Assembly: GCA_024181965.1 (NCBI GenBank)
Contig: BQXS01012509.1
Location: forward strand, 1 to 44,387
DNA length: 44,387 nt
From: Aduncisulcus paluster
Lineage: Eukaryota
Direction: 5' to 3'
In this document: piece after piece, positions 10,492 through 21,617 of the stretch
How positions within the stretch are numbered: position 1 is the first letter of the stretch
How the letters are laid out: every line of letters begins with the position of its first letter
Translations under genes and position numbers: made by a program
The notes under the pieces: model-generated
The model's input: only the letters and a program-made list of their open reading frames with translations
Databases searched by the model: none
What the model was told of the DNA's origin: nothing

Positions 10492-13400
10492 ATGTCTTCA
10501 ACATATTTCAGTACAGAGGGTGCTTGGCCTCAATTAAAAGAGGATTCCCTTTGGCTTATGTCCATTGAAGGACAACGAGAACTTACGCCTTTGTTGTCCG
10601 AATTGAAATCTCATCACAAAACGAAGACAATCACTCAATATCTTGTAAGATTCAAACATTCTTCGCAATTATCTGAAAGATGGATGACCCAACAATTCAT
10701 TATTCAGGAACATTATTCGGGAATTGAAAAGATCACATCTTATAAGCAATCTACCGTATCCAAGCCGGATGAATACACTGAAAAGAACCCTGGTAGTATT
10801 GTTTTTATTCCAGAAGAACAGTTAACTCCAGTATATGGACAATCCCCTCATTTATCTCTTATCAACACTACTTTATCACATCATTCCCACGCTACTCAGT
10901 CATTAATTCCATCCTCACTTAATGGATGCTTTTTCCGTGTTAATTCAGTCAAAACTCATTTAAATGCCGCTCTATCCCCACTTCGTATTCTTGATGAGTG
11001 TCTTATACAATGTGAAGGAATCGAAGAATGTCTCCGCGAGCGAACCCGTGTAACCGATCATATCAGATATGTATGTGCCGAGAATGGAATCAGTGTATCA
11101 CCAAGTGACGGTGTAGCCATTTTTAACAGTGGAATGGTTGTTTTCGAAGACCGAATGAAGGATTTGTGGTCTTCAAAGAGAAAAGAAGAGGAAGATGTCG
11201 ATGAAGACGCAACAAAATACGGCGAAACAGAGGAAAAAAAAGAAGAAGAGGAGGAAGAAGAAGAGCTCAAGGAAGACGTCACTTTTATTCCTTCTCTTCG
11301 AACTAAACTCCCTAATAGGGTATTACATGCGTTTGAATTCTTTTCATATCTCCACCGTGAACTTAGTCACGTTGCTTATGGCTCCCTTTCATTATCTGGT
11401 GACGATAGGGCCAAGAGAACCGCCGATATCAAGAGATCTCTTGCTAGAGAAGAAGTAGACTCCAGCGCTCCCAACCCTCCCCTCAAAGATGGATCTTCCA
11501 AAGAACGTCCTCTTTATATTCCCGTCTTTACTCTCTGTCGGTGTTATATTCTTTGGAACAATAAGAAGTATGATTCATGTACCTGGGAGGACTCCTTTTC
11601 TCTGTTTTCGTTCAAGCGTCTTCACGATTCTTTCCATCAGCGTAACACATGGAGCGCTGCTTCTCTTCCTGTTTCCTCGTCTCCCGTGCCCACCCATACC
11701 CCTGAGGATGCCCCCATCATTTCTAAGCATTCCCTCTCGCTTCATTCCCATCAGAAGGAAGCTCTGAAGTGGATGGAGACACAGGGGAAAGGTATTATTG
11801 GAGATGAGGAAGGAATGGGGAAAACACCTCAGATGCTGGCATTTCTGTCTCAGTATTCAAAGAAACACCGTGACCAACCACACTCTCATATCGTTGTAGT
11901 GTTTGGCGATGATGATATCAATCACTGGATGCAAGAGGCCGGCGAATGGACAGATTTCACTACAATTCCCTTGTTCATGGATACAAATGCTGTTGAGCTA
12001 TGGAGGCTCGAGATGTGTCAAGTCACTGAGCATGTCAATATATTATGTGTGGGTGCAGGTAGAAATGAAGAACAGAGCTGGGAAGATACCCTTCTTGAGA
12101 GGAAATCCAGGCGTGAACGTAGCAAAACACTCCTCAAAAACCTCGAAGGCACCTCGAGCAGTTACTTAATTAACGATTTCATGGATGACGCTGACTCTGT
12201 TATTTCACCAAAGTCACCATTATTCTCATCGTCCAAGACTTCCCACCAACATGTATATCGAGATGATTCGTGGATTGTCCCCATTGTTCCTGCAATTAAA
12301 TATCTTGAAGAAGAAAGTGTTAGCAAAGATATTGAAGACGAGGAAGAGTTTGTTTCCACGAGTCTGCATCCAAAGCTGATAATAACGACGCTTAAGACAT
12401 ACCATTCGCATCGCAGTTTCCTGAATAAGCTTTCTGTTGGAGCTCTTGTTATTGATGAACTTCATCTTACTTCTTTCCCTAACATTCCAGCCCAGCACAC
12501 ATTCTTCCTTTCCTCCTCATTAAACGTCATGAAACCATATGAACTGTTTGATTGTCTTGGTTTTATCTGTGATAACTCCATGTTCGATCAAAGAAAATTC
12601 CTTACTCGTGAAGCTTGGCTTGCCAAAGTCAGACAAATGATGGCTGTTGACGAGAAACAATTCTCTTCCTCATCTTCTCTCTCAACACATGATTTTGTAT
12701 CCATTTACAAACGTTGCACCGATTTGGTTCTTGCTCGTAAAAAGCAGGATATTGACACGCGGGTTCAAGTCCGGGAGGAACTAATTGTTCCCCTTCCTCC
12801 CTCTTCCACGCAACTATCTGTTTATGACGAGATTTATGTTGAAAGTTTTGATACCTTTGTAGGTGACACATCCAAGAGTGACGGTGGAAGTTCAGTCAAA
12901 GGAGGAGAAACGAGTGAAGCATCTGAACTAAGTGGAGTCCGTGGTGTTTGCCAAGAGCTGTGTCAAGTGTGTTGCAGTGCACTTCTTGATGAAGACGAGA
13001 GAGAGAGGGAGAGGAAGAGGAAATCCGAAAGAGAGAGGAAAGAGAAGAGGAGAGAGAGGGAGAGGAAAAAGAAAGAGAAAGATTTGAAGAAAGAGAAGGA
13101 AGGATTACAAAAGGAAGAAAGGGATAAAATAGAATTCGAATTGAAGAAACAGCAAGAAGAAGAGAAGAAACGAGAGAGAGTTAATGAGAAAAAACAATCT
13201 ATTTTTAGAATGGAGGAAGAAAGTGAGAAATTCCATTTTATTCGTTCTATCCTCTCTCATCCCGAATATCAGAACCAAAGTATCCTTATATGCTCCTGCT
13301 ATTCGTCTGTTATTCCTTATCTTGAGAAATTTTTAAATTTAATTAATGTTACAAATCAAACAATTTCGTCTCTGCTTGATCTGACAACTCATTCCGATTC

Positions 13401-16329
13401 TTCAGTATACATCCTTCATACTCACAATATTAATGCATGCGGTGTAAATATTTCTAAATTTAGAATCAAAACAATTCTATTTTTAGATACAAGTTTGTTA
13501 GAAGATGAACGTTCTTTCCTCCGTTACTGCAGTGGTATGAGTGATGTTCAGGTCATTCATTTGTGTCTTAAGGGATGTATTGACGAATGGTTGGTGCAAC
13601 AAAAGATGAGCCATGAACAGAAACCTGCGGATCTCAAAGATCCCTACTTCTCTTCTTATGACTCCACTCTCTTGACAACATTCCACACCAGGTCCGCAAT
13701 TAGGAAAGGAGCGAGGATCGGTGTGGGTTCTGAGAATAAGCTAAAACAGACAAAGGATGAGAAAGAAGATAAGGACCAACAAAAAGCCGAAGAAGAGGAA
13801 GAGGAAGAAGAGGAACTTCAAATCCAAGACATGATAAATATCTCCCACTTGCTCAAGACTGGTGCTATCAATGTATCTTCCAAGGATATGTCCTCCATTG
13901 AAATGGATGCTGACCTTGAGAAACTTCGATCTGACACTTCAGATGAATCCATGCAGTTATTTTATGAGCATTTATTCCCTTCTCAATACGACACTTACTT
14001 GCGCCAGAAGTTTGCAGCCATGGAAGAGATGGGCAGGAGAAGATCGACGAGAAGAAACCTTGGAAGTGGGTTTTATGATGACGATGACGATGAGCCTGAG
14101 TATGGAATGCCCTCTGGTGGCAAATCTAGAAGAGGATCTGCAAGAGGCCATAAATCTTCCATGTCGGACGAGAGAGATATGGATGATGTTGAAGGAGAGA
14201 TTAGGGAGTGGAGCAAACGAGACATGTCTCATCTCATCGCGCATCTCTCATTGTTCGGTGTCATTCCGTTTTCTCACACTGAAGCTGTCCGTGAGGCTGC
14301 CAAACGTGTCCGCAGGAATATGGCATTATTGAAAGAAGAAGAGCTTCGTGAAGAGAAAGAGAGAAAGGAGAAAGAAGTATCCGTATCATCCTCCTCTTCC
14401 TCCTCCTCCACCTCTTCTGCCTCCAAGCAACCCTTATTCTCCCCATCCACAAGTGAAAAGGGTTCAAAACCTCAGTCTCAGCAACGATTAACCCGTAATC
14501 TCACATCCCACATGCCTGCCATTACCTTTACTTCCCCTTTATCTCTCATTAAACCTTTGTTCTACTCCTCTCTGCCCTCTTCAATGACATCTCAGCCTGT
14601 GTCACATCTCCATTCAAGTGCTTTGCCAATCTCTCACGATTACGTGTCCGACTCTCTTGCCAATGCTCTCGCAGAGACAGATGTACACAGACCTCTTGCC
14701 TCGATAAGAGACTGGGCTGTCGGTGTGTGTGGTGAGCGGAGTGGAAAGACACACGCAGGGAAGATATGGGCCATGGTCAACGTTTTACTGTCTGTCTGTG
14801 GCGAAGAGAGGGAGAAAGAGAAGGGAGAGGGTGAAGATGGAGCAGTTTCACGGAAGAAGAAGAGGAAACCAAGACGTTCAGCCATGGATATTGAGAATGA
14901 GATAATTGTCCGCTCTGTTTTGAAACCATTGACTGCAATTCGCCTTATTTCCACCACCCAACTCCTTGCTGAGCTCAGAGGGTGTGTATATAACGAGTTA
15001 TATTCTGCTTTCTTCCCTTACCTCAAAGAATTTGTTGCCTTTGAGAATGCTGACACCCTCGGTTCACTTCGTCTCAAGCGTTCCGATAGTTCTTCCTCTT
15101 CCTCTTCCATGGATATTCAATCCACACAAGAAATTGTCCCGTCACCTTCCTCTCTCTGTCTGTTTAAGGATCTCTTCCCATCCGCTTCAATATATGGGTT
15201 TTCTCTTCTTGCATCTTTNNNNNNNNNNNNNNNNNNNNCCACCCAACTCCTTGCTGAGCTCAGAGGGTGTGTATATAACGAGTTATATTCTGCTTTCTTC
15301 CCTTACCTCAAAGAATTTGTTGCCTTTGAGAATGCTGACACCCTCGGTTCACTTCGTCTCAAGCGTTCCGATAGTTCTTCCTCTTCCTCTTCCATGGATA
15401 TTCAATCCACACAAGAAATTGTCCCGTCACCTTCCTCTCTCTGTCTGTTTAAGGATCTCTTCCCATCCGCTTCAATATATGGGTTTTCTCTTCTTGCATC
15501 TTTGTTGGATTGTGTTGAGGATGTTGTTGAGGCCTCTCATGGCAACCCCAGATACGAACGAGAAAAGATCGTTGAGAAAGTTCTCTCTATCCTCTCCCAG
15601 TGTCCAACCTTACCTTCAATGACCCCCATGCCACAGCCAAGGACAAAGACCCATACCCCTATCCATTCTGTGTGGTGCTGTGGCCTTGATTTGTGTCTGT
15701 GCGAAGGTGTGTGTATCCATGGAATGAGCATGGAAGCTATATTCTGTGACCCTTTCCTCCCATTCCTATCATTGTGTTCGTTAGCGGTGTGCATTCGAAT
15801 GTATGAGTGCATGTGTGAGTTCTCAAAGCTTTCAGTCGATCTTAAACGAGCAAAGGAGAGTAAGGCAAAGAATGCCCCTTCAAGAGTCAAAAATACAAGG
15901 GAACACATCAAAACTGTTATGAGCGAGTTAGAATTACTCCAAAGTGCCCTTCTTGCTGGCAAGATAAGCTGTGTTAATGTATGTTTGTGTCGAGGATGGT
16001 TGTGTAATCGAGTTAAGGAGATTGTAGAACTTAGGAACAAAGCAAATCATGCAATATTGAGTGAAGAAAAAGAAGAAGAACTTGAGTCTGGCAAAGAGTC
16101 AGCTTCACCATTTAAATTTATTGACAATGATGAATTGCAACGGAGGAAAAAGAAGATGGAAGAGGAGAAATTAAAAGAACAGAAAAAGAAAGAATATGAA
16201 AAGCGAGCAAGAGAAAAGAAATCGACTGAAGCGAAGAAAATTGACACTGGGAAACGAAGGGTCAGTAGTCAAAAGAAAAGAGCACCCATCAAGAAAACAA
16301 AATCAGGGTTTAAACAAAGTATGTGGTGA
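10492..16329 (+). CDS. CHD-type SNF2-family chromatin remodeller with degenerate ATPase, ~1850 aa after removing the duplication
   Basis: Two chromodomain-like motifs (QYLVRFKHSSQLSERW; YILWNNKKYDSCTWED), Q-motif/Walker A LHSHQKEALKW..GIIGDEEGMGKT, Walker B VIDELH, SANT-like WSKRDMSHLIAHLSLFG and SLIDE-like WCCGLDLCLCEGVCIHG..IFCDPFLPF. The start could also be ATG 10411. Confidence 0.8.
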   Translation: MSSTYFSTEGAWPQLKEDSLWLMSIEGQRELTPLLSELKSHHKTKTITQYLVRFKHSSQLSERWMTQQFIIQEHYSGIEKITSYKQSTVSKPDEYTEKNPGSIVFIPEEQLTPVYGQSPHLSLINTTLSHHSHATQSLIPSSLNGCFFRVNSVKTHLNAALSPLRILDECLIQCEGIEECLRERTRVTDHIRYVCAENGISVSPSDGVAIFNSGMVVFEDRMKDLWSSKRKEEEDVDEDATKYGETEEKKEEEEEEEELKEDVTFIPSLRTKLPNRVLHAFEFFSYLHRELSHVAYGSLSLSGDDRAKRTADIKRSLAREEVDSSAPNPPLKDGSSKERPLYIPVFTLCRCYILWNNKKYDSCTWEDSFSLFSFKRLHDSFHQRNTWSAASLPVSSSPVPTHTPEDAPIISKHSLSLHSHQKEALKWMETQGKGIIGDEEGMGKTPQMLAFLSQYSKKHRDQPHSHIVVVFGDDDINHWMQEAGEWTDFTTIPLFMDTNAVELWRLEMCQVTEHVNILCVGAGRNEEQSWEDTLLERKSRRERSKTLLKNLEGTSSSYLINDFMDDADSVISPKSPLFSSSKTSHQHVYRDDSWIVPIVPAIKYLEEESVSKDIEDEEEFVSTSLHPKLIITTLKTYHSHRSFLNKLSVGALVIDELHLTSFPNIPAQHTFFLSSSLNVMKPYELFDCLGFICDNSMFDQRKFLTREAWLAKVRQMMAVDEKQFSSSSSLSTHDFVSIYKRCTDLVLARKKQDIDTRVQVREELIVPLPPSSTQLSVYDEIYVESFDTFVGDTSKSDGGSSVKGGETSEASELSGVRGVCQELCQVCCSALLDEDERERERKRKSERERKEKRRERERKKKEKDLKKEKEGLQKEERDKIEFELKKQQEEEKKRERVNEKKQSIFRMEEESEKFHFIRSILSHPEYQNQSILICSCYSSVIPYLEKFLNLINVTNQTISSLLDLTTHSDSSVYILHTHNINACGVNISKFRIKTILFLDTSLLEDERSFLRYCSGMSDVQVIHLCLKGCIDEWLVQQKMSHEQKPADLKDPYFSSYDSTLLTTFHTRSAIRKGARIGVGSENKLKQTKDEKEDKDQQKAEEEEEEEEELQIQDMINISHLLKTGAINVSSKDMSSIEMDADLEKLRSDTSDESMQLFYEHLFPSQYDTYLRQKFAAMEEMGRRRSTRRNLGSGFYDDDDDEPEYGMPSGGKSRRGSARGHKSSMSDERDMDDVEGEIREWSKRDMSHLIAHLSLFGVIPFSHTEAVREAAKRVRRNMALLKEEELREEKERKEKEVSVSSSSSSSSTSSASKQPLFSPSTSEKGSKPQSQQRLTRNLTSHMPAITFTSPLSLIKPLFYSSLPSSMTSQPVSHLHSSALPISHDYVSDSLANALAETDVHRPLASIRDWAVGVCGERSGKTHAGKIWAMVNVLLSVCGEEREKEKGEGEDGAVSRKKKRKPRRSAMDIENEIIVRSVLKPLTAIRLISTTQLLAELRGCVYNELYSAFFPYLKEFVAFENADTLGSLRLKRSDSSSSSSSMDIQSTQEIVPSPSSLCLFKDLFPSASIYGFSLLASXXXXXXXXTQLLAELRGCVYNELYSAFFPYLKEFVAFENADTLGSLRLKRSDSSSSSSSMDIQSTQEIVPSPSSLCLFKDLFPSASIYGFSLLASLLDCVEDVVEASHGNPRYEREKIVEKVLSILSQCPTLPSMTPMPQPRTKTHTPIHSVWCCGLDLCLCEGVCIHGMSMEAIFCDPFLPFLSLCSLAVCIRMYECMCEFSKLSVDLKRAKESKAKNAPSRVKNTREHIKTVMSELELLQSALLAGKISCVNVCLCRGWLCNRVKEIVELRNKANHAILSEEKEEELESGKESASPFKFIDNDELQRRKKKMEEEKLKEQKKKEYEKRAREKKSTEAKKIDTGKRRVSSQKKRAPIKKTKSGFKQSMW
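14954..15503. repeat. Gap-flanking duplication (265 bp x2 around 20 N at 15219-15238), probable assembly artefact
   Basis: 14954..15218 equals 15239..15503. The 285-bp offset keeps the frame, inflating the ORF by 95 codons. Confidence 0.95.
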
Positions 16330-16585
16330 TCATTGTGGTGTCAATATTCATATTAACTATATTATTCAGTCCCAATCGAGTTTTATCCTGAGTTCTTGTT
16401 TCTTGAGCAGAAATTGGGCACCAATTCAATAATAATAAATTAAAAAATTGTCAATGTCAATCTCTGCAATAATTCCCCTTTTGTTTTTTCTTGTGGCATA
16501 GTGACCTTCACGGAATTCCATTCAACCAATCAAGAAAGGCCTCATCACATTCATTTCCAACCATGCAATCATAATCATAGATCCT

Positions 16586-16633
16586 ATACTATACTGTACT
16601 ATACTATACTGTACTATACTATACTGTACTATA
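16586..16633. repeat. Short tandem repeat (ATACT ATACT GTACT)x3
   Basis: Nine RTACT pentamers forming three perfect 15-bp units at 16586-16630. Confidence 0.9.
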
Positions 16634-16640
16634 TCTCGAA

Positions 16641-19600
16641 CTATTTAAAGAAATTCTCAATACATCCCCCAGATTCAGTAAAATATACTTCAAACGCTCT
16701 GCGTAGATGAGCATCCTTTTGTTCTAAGGGTTGATTTGGATAAGATGAATGAAATCCAATTCCTAAAAACCATTCATATGGATTTTTCTTTTGAACTACA
16801 AGCTTAATTAGTTGTTTTAACATTTTTTGATGGGTTATAATATACTTTTTATCACAGCAAGTACAAAATACTTTTCCAATATCAATTCCAATCACAATAC
16901 CATTTCCAGTCAAAACATAAACAAGCCTTGAATTATCATCAATTTGGATAACGTAACCAGAGGACCATTTCCCACACGACTTCTCCCATCGAACAGAAGA
17001 ACCTCCAATTTGATCAAAAATAGAAGAAGGAATAGGAAACCTACTCGGTTTAAAACTAAAATCCGGAGGATGTTGATGATTTGGAAAACATGACTTCGGT
17101 GTTGGTATTAAGGAACATTTAGATTCAAAAAGATAGGGGATTTTCAGGCTTCCAAGAAACCTTGCTCTTCTCTCCAAAATACAATCCTCGTAATGATATC
17201 TGGAGGACATGATACAATTCTTAGTGTGACTTGATTTTGAGAAAAAACACTCTGGATTCAAGGAAAAAGGAATCATCTTTGAGCTATTAAACCTCGTAGC
17301 TATTAATATTTCAGGAAGTTCTCCCAACTTTAACTTCACTTGCTCAAGCTGTTGTAAAAACAGAGTGGAAAATAACATATTTGAAAACATATCCTTCATT
17401 ACAACGATTTTGGTCCCTTTATCTGTTATAAAGGGAAGAAGAACCAAGAAAAAAGGAATAAAACTTGTATGACTCATTTTAACCAAGTGATTGAGATCAA
17501 AACAATCAAAAGAATACTGGAAGAGTATTTTCATTGTCATAACCTTGAAATCTATTTGAGGTAAGAAAGAATGATGTGAAAAGAATGAAATTTCTTTCTT
17601 TGGATCGGTCAAAAATGAATAGTTAGCTGTCAAACAGGATGTAAACATTCGAAAAAACTCAGCTATTTCCCATTGATGAATTTTGGGAATTGATATCATG
17701 CTTCCAGGATTTGATCTGTTTGATGTAGGTATTCTCAGTAAAAAATCAGAAAAAATATGTGCAAAACATGATAACTTTGGACAACAAAACATCGATGAAT
17801 AAAAATTGACCATTAAAATTCGTAAAGTATTTTTGGTCGAACTATGATCTTCGGGAAAAAAGCAAAACAACACAAAGAATTCAAATAAATATCTAGAGAT
17901 CCGATTTTTACATATTGGAGATCCATTAAAAAGAGTAAGAAATGTATGCGAAATAATATTTTCCAAACCTTTTCTAAAATACACATTCTTCATCATTGAT
18001 CTTCGACTAGACACCTTTAGAAAATACGTCAAACAAATCACAATATCTCTCAGAATTGAAGGATTATGTTCACACATACTGATATATTCTCCTTCATGTT
18101 GAGAAAAATCAGGAAATATCCACATATTATTGAATGTAGAAAACAGATCAATATTAAAAGTCAATGAATATTTCATAATTGGACATATCATATTCTCTTG
18201 GCAAAGGGAATAACAATGCTGTGATAGTCCATTTTCAATTGCAATTTGTTGAACATTGGTATCAAAAAAAGGGCATATTGACCCAGAATTATTGACCATT
18301 GAGAATTCACTTTCAAAACATAAATTAAATTCACATTTTTGGTCATGATCTTGAGTTGGTGAACTTCTAAACTCACAAATATCAAGATTTGTGACAAATT
18401 GTAAAGACTCATGGAATGCACATGTTTCTCTCATAATACGAGCCAAATCTATGAATGAACGATATATTGGAGCCATGTTTAATGAACTAAAGGGACAAGA
18501 AGAAAAGATCCCTTGTAGACGGATAATATCCAAGACCAAACAATATATTATAGCAGGATTAACAACAGAGAACCAACCTAAACACTGAGAAACAATATTA
18601 TTTATCGAGAAATCATAAATTATCTTTGTATATAATTGGAAACAAACATCAAATGCATGAAAATGATCCAGAGTCATTGTAAAAACTATATAAATCAGCA
18701 TAAAAAGTCTGTTTAAGCTCCACAAATGAGAAATATCTTGGACAGGTGGAATTTTCCTCGTGTAGTTTGCAAACTTCATGGGTTTTCTAAATTTTGAAAA
18801 GTTATATAATGAAATATTGAAAGATGATTTAAAATCAAAATTTAATATAATTACAGGTACAACAGACATAAAGAATTCAATGAGCTTCTTATTCCAGCGA
18901 AATATCAAAATATTATTTTGGAGAGGAGATTTTTGATGCAAAATCTGAGGATTTTCTCCAAATTTTGGAGTTAAATAAGATAATATCACTGGTCCAAGGA
19001 ACATACTTGGAAGAATATCCGTTTTAATCCCACTTTCAAGCGATTTCTGTTGCTTTAAAATCCAAATTTCAACGTATTTTGAAATATTACCATGGAATTT
19101 AGGATGTTTTAGAAGAGATTTTGTACCAGCGAGAAAGGATAAAAACCATTCCAATTTGTGAGCCTGAATAAAATAATCATCGACACAAAGAGAAGATTTC
19201 TTATCCTTTTCTTTATAATCATCGCCTAGTCCCAATAATTTCCCAAATTCTTCACAAATTAAAGTAATAATAGCCAGATTAATGTTTTGTTTCTGACTTT
19301 TAGAAAGAAGATGAAATGAAAATAAAATATTGGAAGAAACCGAAGTTTCATCATCCTGTCCACACCAAGTTAGAATGATAGAGATAAAGTGAAATATATC
19401 TTGGTAACAATCTTGATCGTTTGCTATTGAAAAATGTAAAATTTTGAGCAAATTTCTCACATCAGAGGGCAAGGATTGTGATGTTTCAATAGCATCATCA
19501 TGACATGAAGCATACAACTGTGGACTCAATACAACATCACTAACTGATACAAAGGGAGCTTGAGTGCTATGAGAACATCTCTCCAATGACATTAACCCAG

Positions 19601-21068
19601 ACAATTCAGGACCTTGAGGTTCATGTAATTGAATATCCCTATTGACCACTCCTTGTGTCACCAATGTTCTCTCGAACGAATCACATCCAAAACCAAGAAT
19701 ATCTCTTTTTGGATCCCTAGGTGAATATGTGCATAAAACAGATGAAGGAAAACGAGAAGATCGTTTCTGTTTCTGAAAAAAACTTGAGCAACATAACCAA
19801 AATGAACTCATAATGTTTGAACGTTCAGAGCAATATTCCAATACATAATCACACGAAACAATATTCAAAAGAAGTTCACAACATTCAGATAAATTTGGGT
19901 AAATATCAGATCGAAAAGGATATAATCTGGATATATTCGAAATTAATCTAAACATATTTGACAATAACATATCAAAACTTTTTCTGATCTGGCCAAAATA
20001 TGGGTCTATTGCGTCATCTCGGTGTTTTTCAATATGTTGAGTAAATTTTGGAATTACCCCCTCAAATATCCATTCAACCAATGAAAATAGTAAAGAATCT
20101 AATATATCTTCACAATGTAATGTCGACATTAAAATATCAATCAATTCCATGTCTATCTCAATTTCCTCGTCAACATATAATCCTTCAGATTTATCCAAAA
20201 AGGTTGGGATAATGAAGGAAAGCATACTTGAAATATAAGAAAATATACAAGATACTCGATCAAAAAAATGAATATATTCACACCAAGAATCGGAAATAGA
20301 AGGATCATCCATTTCTGTACAAATTGATTCGAAAGAAGAAAAAAGTAATTTGAATTGCGAGGAGAACAATGGAATTAGCGATTTAAAATGAAGTTTAATA
20401 TCAGAAACACGTAGATTCGAAAAAAAGAAGATCTTAAATTGACCAAACAAAGCCAGAAACGATATCAAATCCTGATTAATGTCGAGAGAATGAGTCCATT
20501 GGAAAAACCAGAATTTGGAGATTTTAAACGAGGTATAAGTTAAATGGGATATAACCTTTTCAAATGTTGAATCAAAAGCAGCAAAATTCCATGCAGAAAA
20601 TACACTTTGGGAAAGGGATAATTGTTTGTGACATGTTGCCCCGATCTGAAAAAGATTGTTCACATTAATTGGCGTATCAATATCGGAATCTACAACATCA
20701 TGGACATACAATAAAGATATTAACAACATATGAGAACAATATAGCGAAAGATTATCAACAAACCTAGGAGAGATAGCCCCATTCTCTTCTAGAGAGATAA
20801 TATGATAAATGCCAGGAGATATCATATTAAATATCTCAATTAATTCAAAAACACACGGTAAGTATTCTTTCGAATAATATGTGGCAACGGGAATTGAAGT
20901 ATATTGACTTATCGAATGTTGAAGTAAGAAGGAAGTAATAGGTTCAACTTGGGGAACTAAATACAAGAAAAACCCCGTTTTCTTGATATTTTCCTTCGGA
21001 ATTTTTGAAATATAACTTGACACGACTTTGGTTTTTCTTTGAATGTCTCCAATTGAAATATCATCCAT
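16641..21068 (-). CDS. Hypothetical AT-rich protein (~1475 aa), no recognised family
   Basis: Uninterrupted 4.4-kb ORF in visibly AT-rich DNA, far too long to be chance. First ATG at 21068. Phe/Ile/Ser/Leu-rich. Confidence 0.8.
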   Translation of the reverse strand: MDDISIGDIQRKTKVVSSYISKIPKENIKKTGFFLYLVPQVEPITSFLLQHSISQYTSIPVATYYSKEYLPCVFELIEIFNMISPGIYHIISLEENGAISPRFVDNLSLYCSHMLLISLLYVHDVVDSDIDTPINVNNLFQIGATCHKQLSLSQSVFSAWNFAAFDSTFEKVISHLTYTSFKISKFWFFQWTHSLDINQDLISFLALFGQFKIFFFSNLRVSDIKLHFKSLIPLFSSQFKLLFSSFESICTEMDDPSISDSWCEYIHFFDRVSCIFSYISSMLSFIIPTFLDKSEGLYVDEEIEIDMELIDILMSTLHCEDILDSLLFSLVEWIFEGVIPKFTQHIEKHRDDAIDPYFGQIRKSFDMLLSNMFRLISNISRLYPFRSDIYPNLSECCELLLNIVSCDYVLEYCSERSNIMSSFWLCCSSFFQKQKRSSRFPSSVLCTYSPRDPKRDILGFGCDSFERTLVTQGVVNRDIQLHEPQGPELSGLMSLERCSHSTQAPFVSVSDVVLSPQLYASCHDDAIETSQSLPSDVRNLLKILHFSIANDQDCYQDIFHFISIILTWCGQDDETSVSSNILFSFHLLSKSQKQNINLAIITLICEEFGKLLGLGDDYKEKDKKSSLCVDDYFIQAHKLEWFLSFLAGTKSLLKHPKFHGNISKYVEIWILKQQKSLESGIKTDILPSMFLGPVILSYLTPKFGENPQILHQKSPLQNNILIFRWNKKLIEFFMSVVPVIILNFDFKSSFNISLYNFSKFRKPMKFANYTRKIPPVQDISHLWSLNRLFMLIYIVFTMTLDHFHAFDVCFQLYTKIIYDFSINNIVSQCLGWFSVVNPAIIYCLVLDIIRLQGIFSSCPFSSLNMAPIYRSFIDLARIMRETCAFHESLQFVTNLDICEFRSSPTQDHDQKCEFNLCFESEFSMVNNSGSICPFFDTNVQQIAIENGLSQHCYSLCQENMICPIMKYSLTFNIDLFSTFNNMWIFPDFSQHEGEYISMCEHNPSILRDIVICLTYFLKVSSRRSMMKNVYFRKGLENIISHTFLTLFNGSPICKNRISRYLFEFFVLFCFFPEDHSSTKNTLRILMVNFYSSMFCCPKLSCFAHIFSDFLLRIPTSNRSNPGSMISIPKIHQWEIAEFFRMFTSCLTANYSFLTDPKKEISFFSHHSFLPQIDFKVMTMKILFQYSFDCFDLNHLVKMSHTSFIPFFLVLLPFITDKGTKIVVMKDMFSNMLFSTLFLQQLEQVKLKLGELPEILIATRFNSSKMIPFSLNPECFFSKSSHTKNCIMSSRYHYEDCILERRARFLGSLKIPYLFESKCSLIPTPKSCFPNHQHPPDFSFKPSRFPIPSSIFDQIGGSSVRWEKSCGKWSSGYVIQIDDNSRLVYVLTGNGIVIGIDIGKVFCTCCDKKYIITHQKMLKQLIKLVVQKKNPYEWFLGIGFHSSYPNQPLEQKDAHLRRAFEVYFTESGGCIENFFK

Positions 21069-21297
21069 ATTATTCACTTATCTTATAAATCAATTAGTAA
21101 CTAACAAAAATATATTAGGTATGAAAAACAAACAAATAGATTTCTGCATCAAAACACGAAATTCCGGTCTAGCAGCCTTGGAAAAATAAATTACCCTAAA
21201 TTCCTTTCTAAAATCCCATTAAATACGTTTCATTAAAAAAATCATTAAATTGACATTCTTCGTATCAACCGATTTGACGGACTCTCGTAGTATTCGG

Positions 21298-21617
21298 AAT
21301 ACTATTTTATTCGGTTCCGTAATTCAATCCATGAGTTATTATTTGACTAGGCATAATCATTTCACCTGCTTCATCGCGTTGGCTTGTTAATTTAGTTTCT
21401 AAAGATCTCCTTTTCATTCCTGCCGAGAAAGTCGGAATATCATCATCNNNNNNNNNNNNNNNNNNNNAATACTATTTTATTCGGTTCCGTAATTCAATCC
21501 ATGAGTTATTATTTGACTAGGCATAATCATTTCACCTGCTTCATCGCGTTGGCTTGTTAATTTAGTTTCTAAAGATCTCCTTTTCATTCCTGCCGAGAAA
21601 GTCGGAATATCATCATC
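21298..21617. repeat. Gap-flanking duplication (150 bp x2 around 20 N at 21448-21467), probable assembly artefact
   Basis: 21298..21447 equals 21468..21617 and duplicates the 3' end of the E2F gene. Confidence 0.95.

Noticed and set aside
16501..16710. ORF with YTILY repeats
   Set aside because: It is just the translation of the 15-bp tandem repeat.
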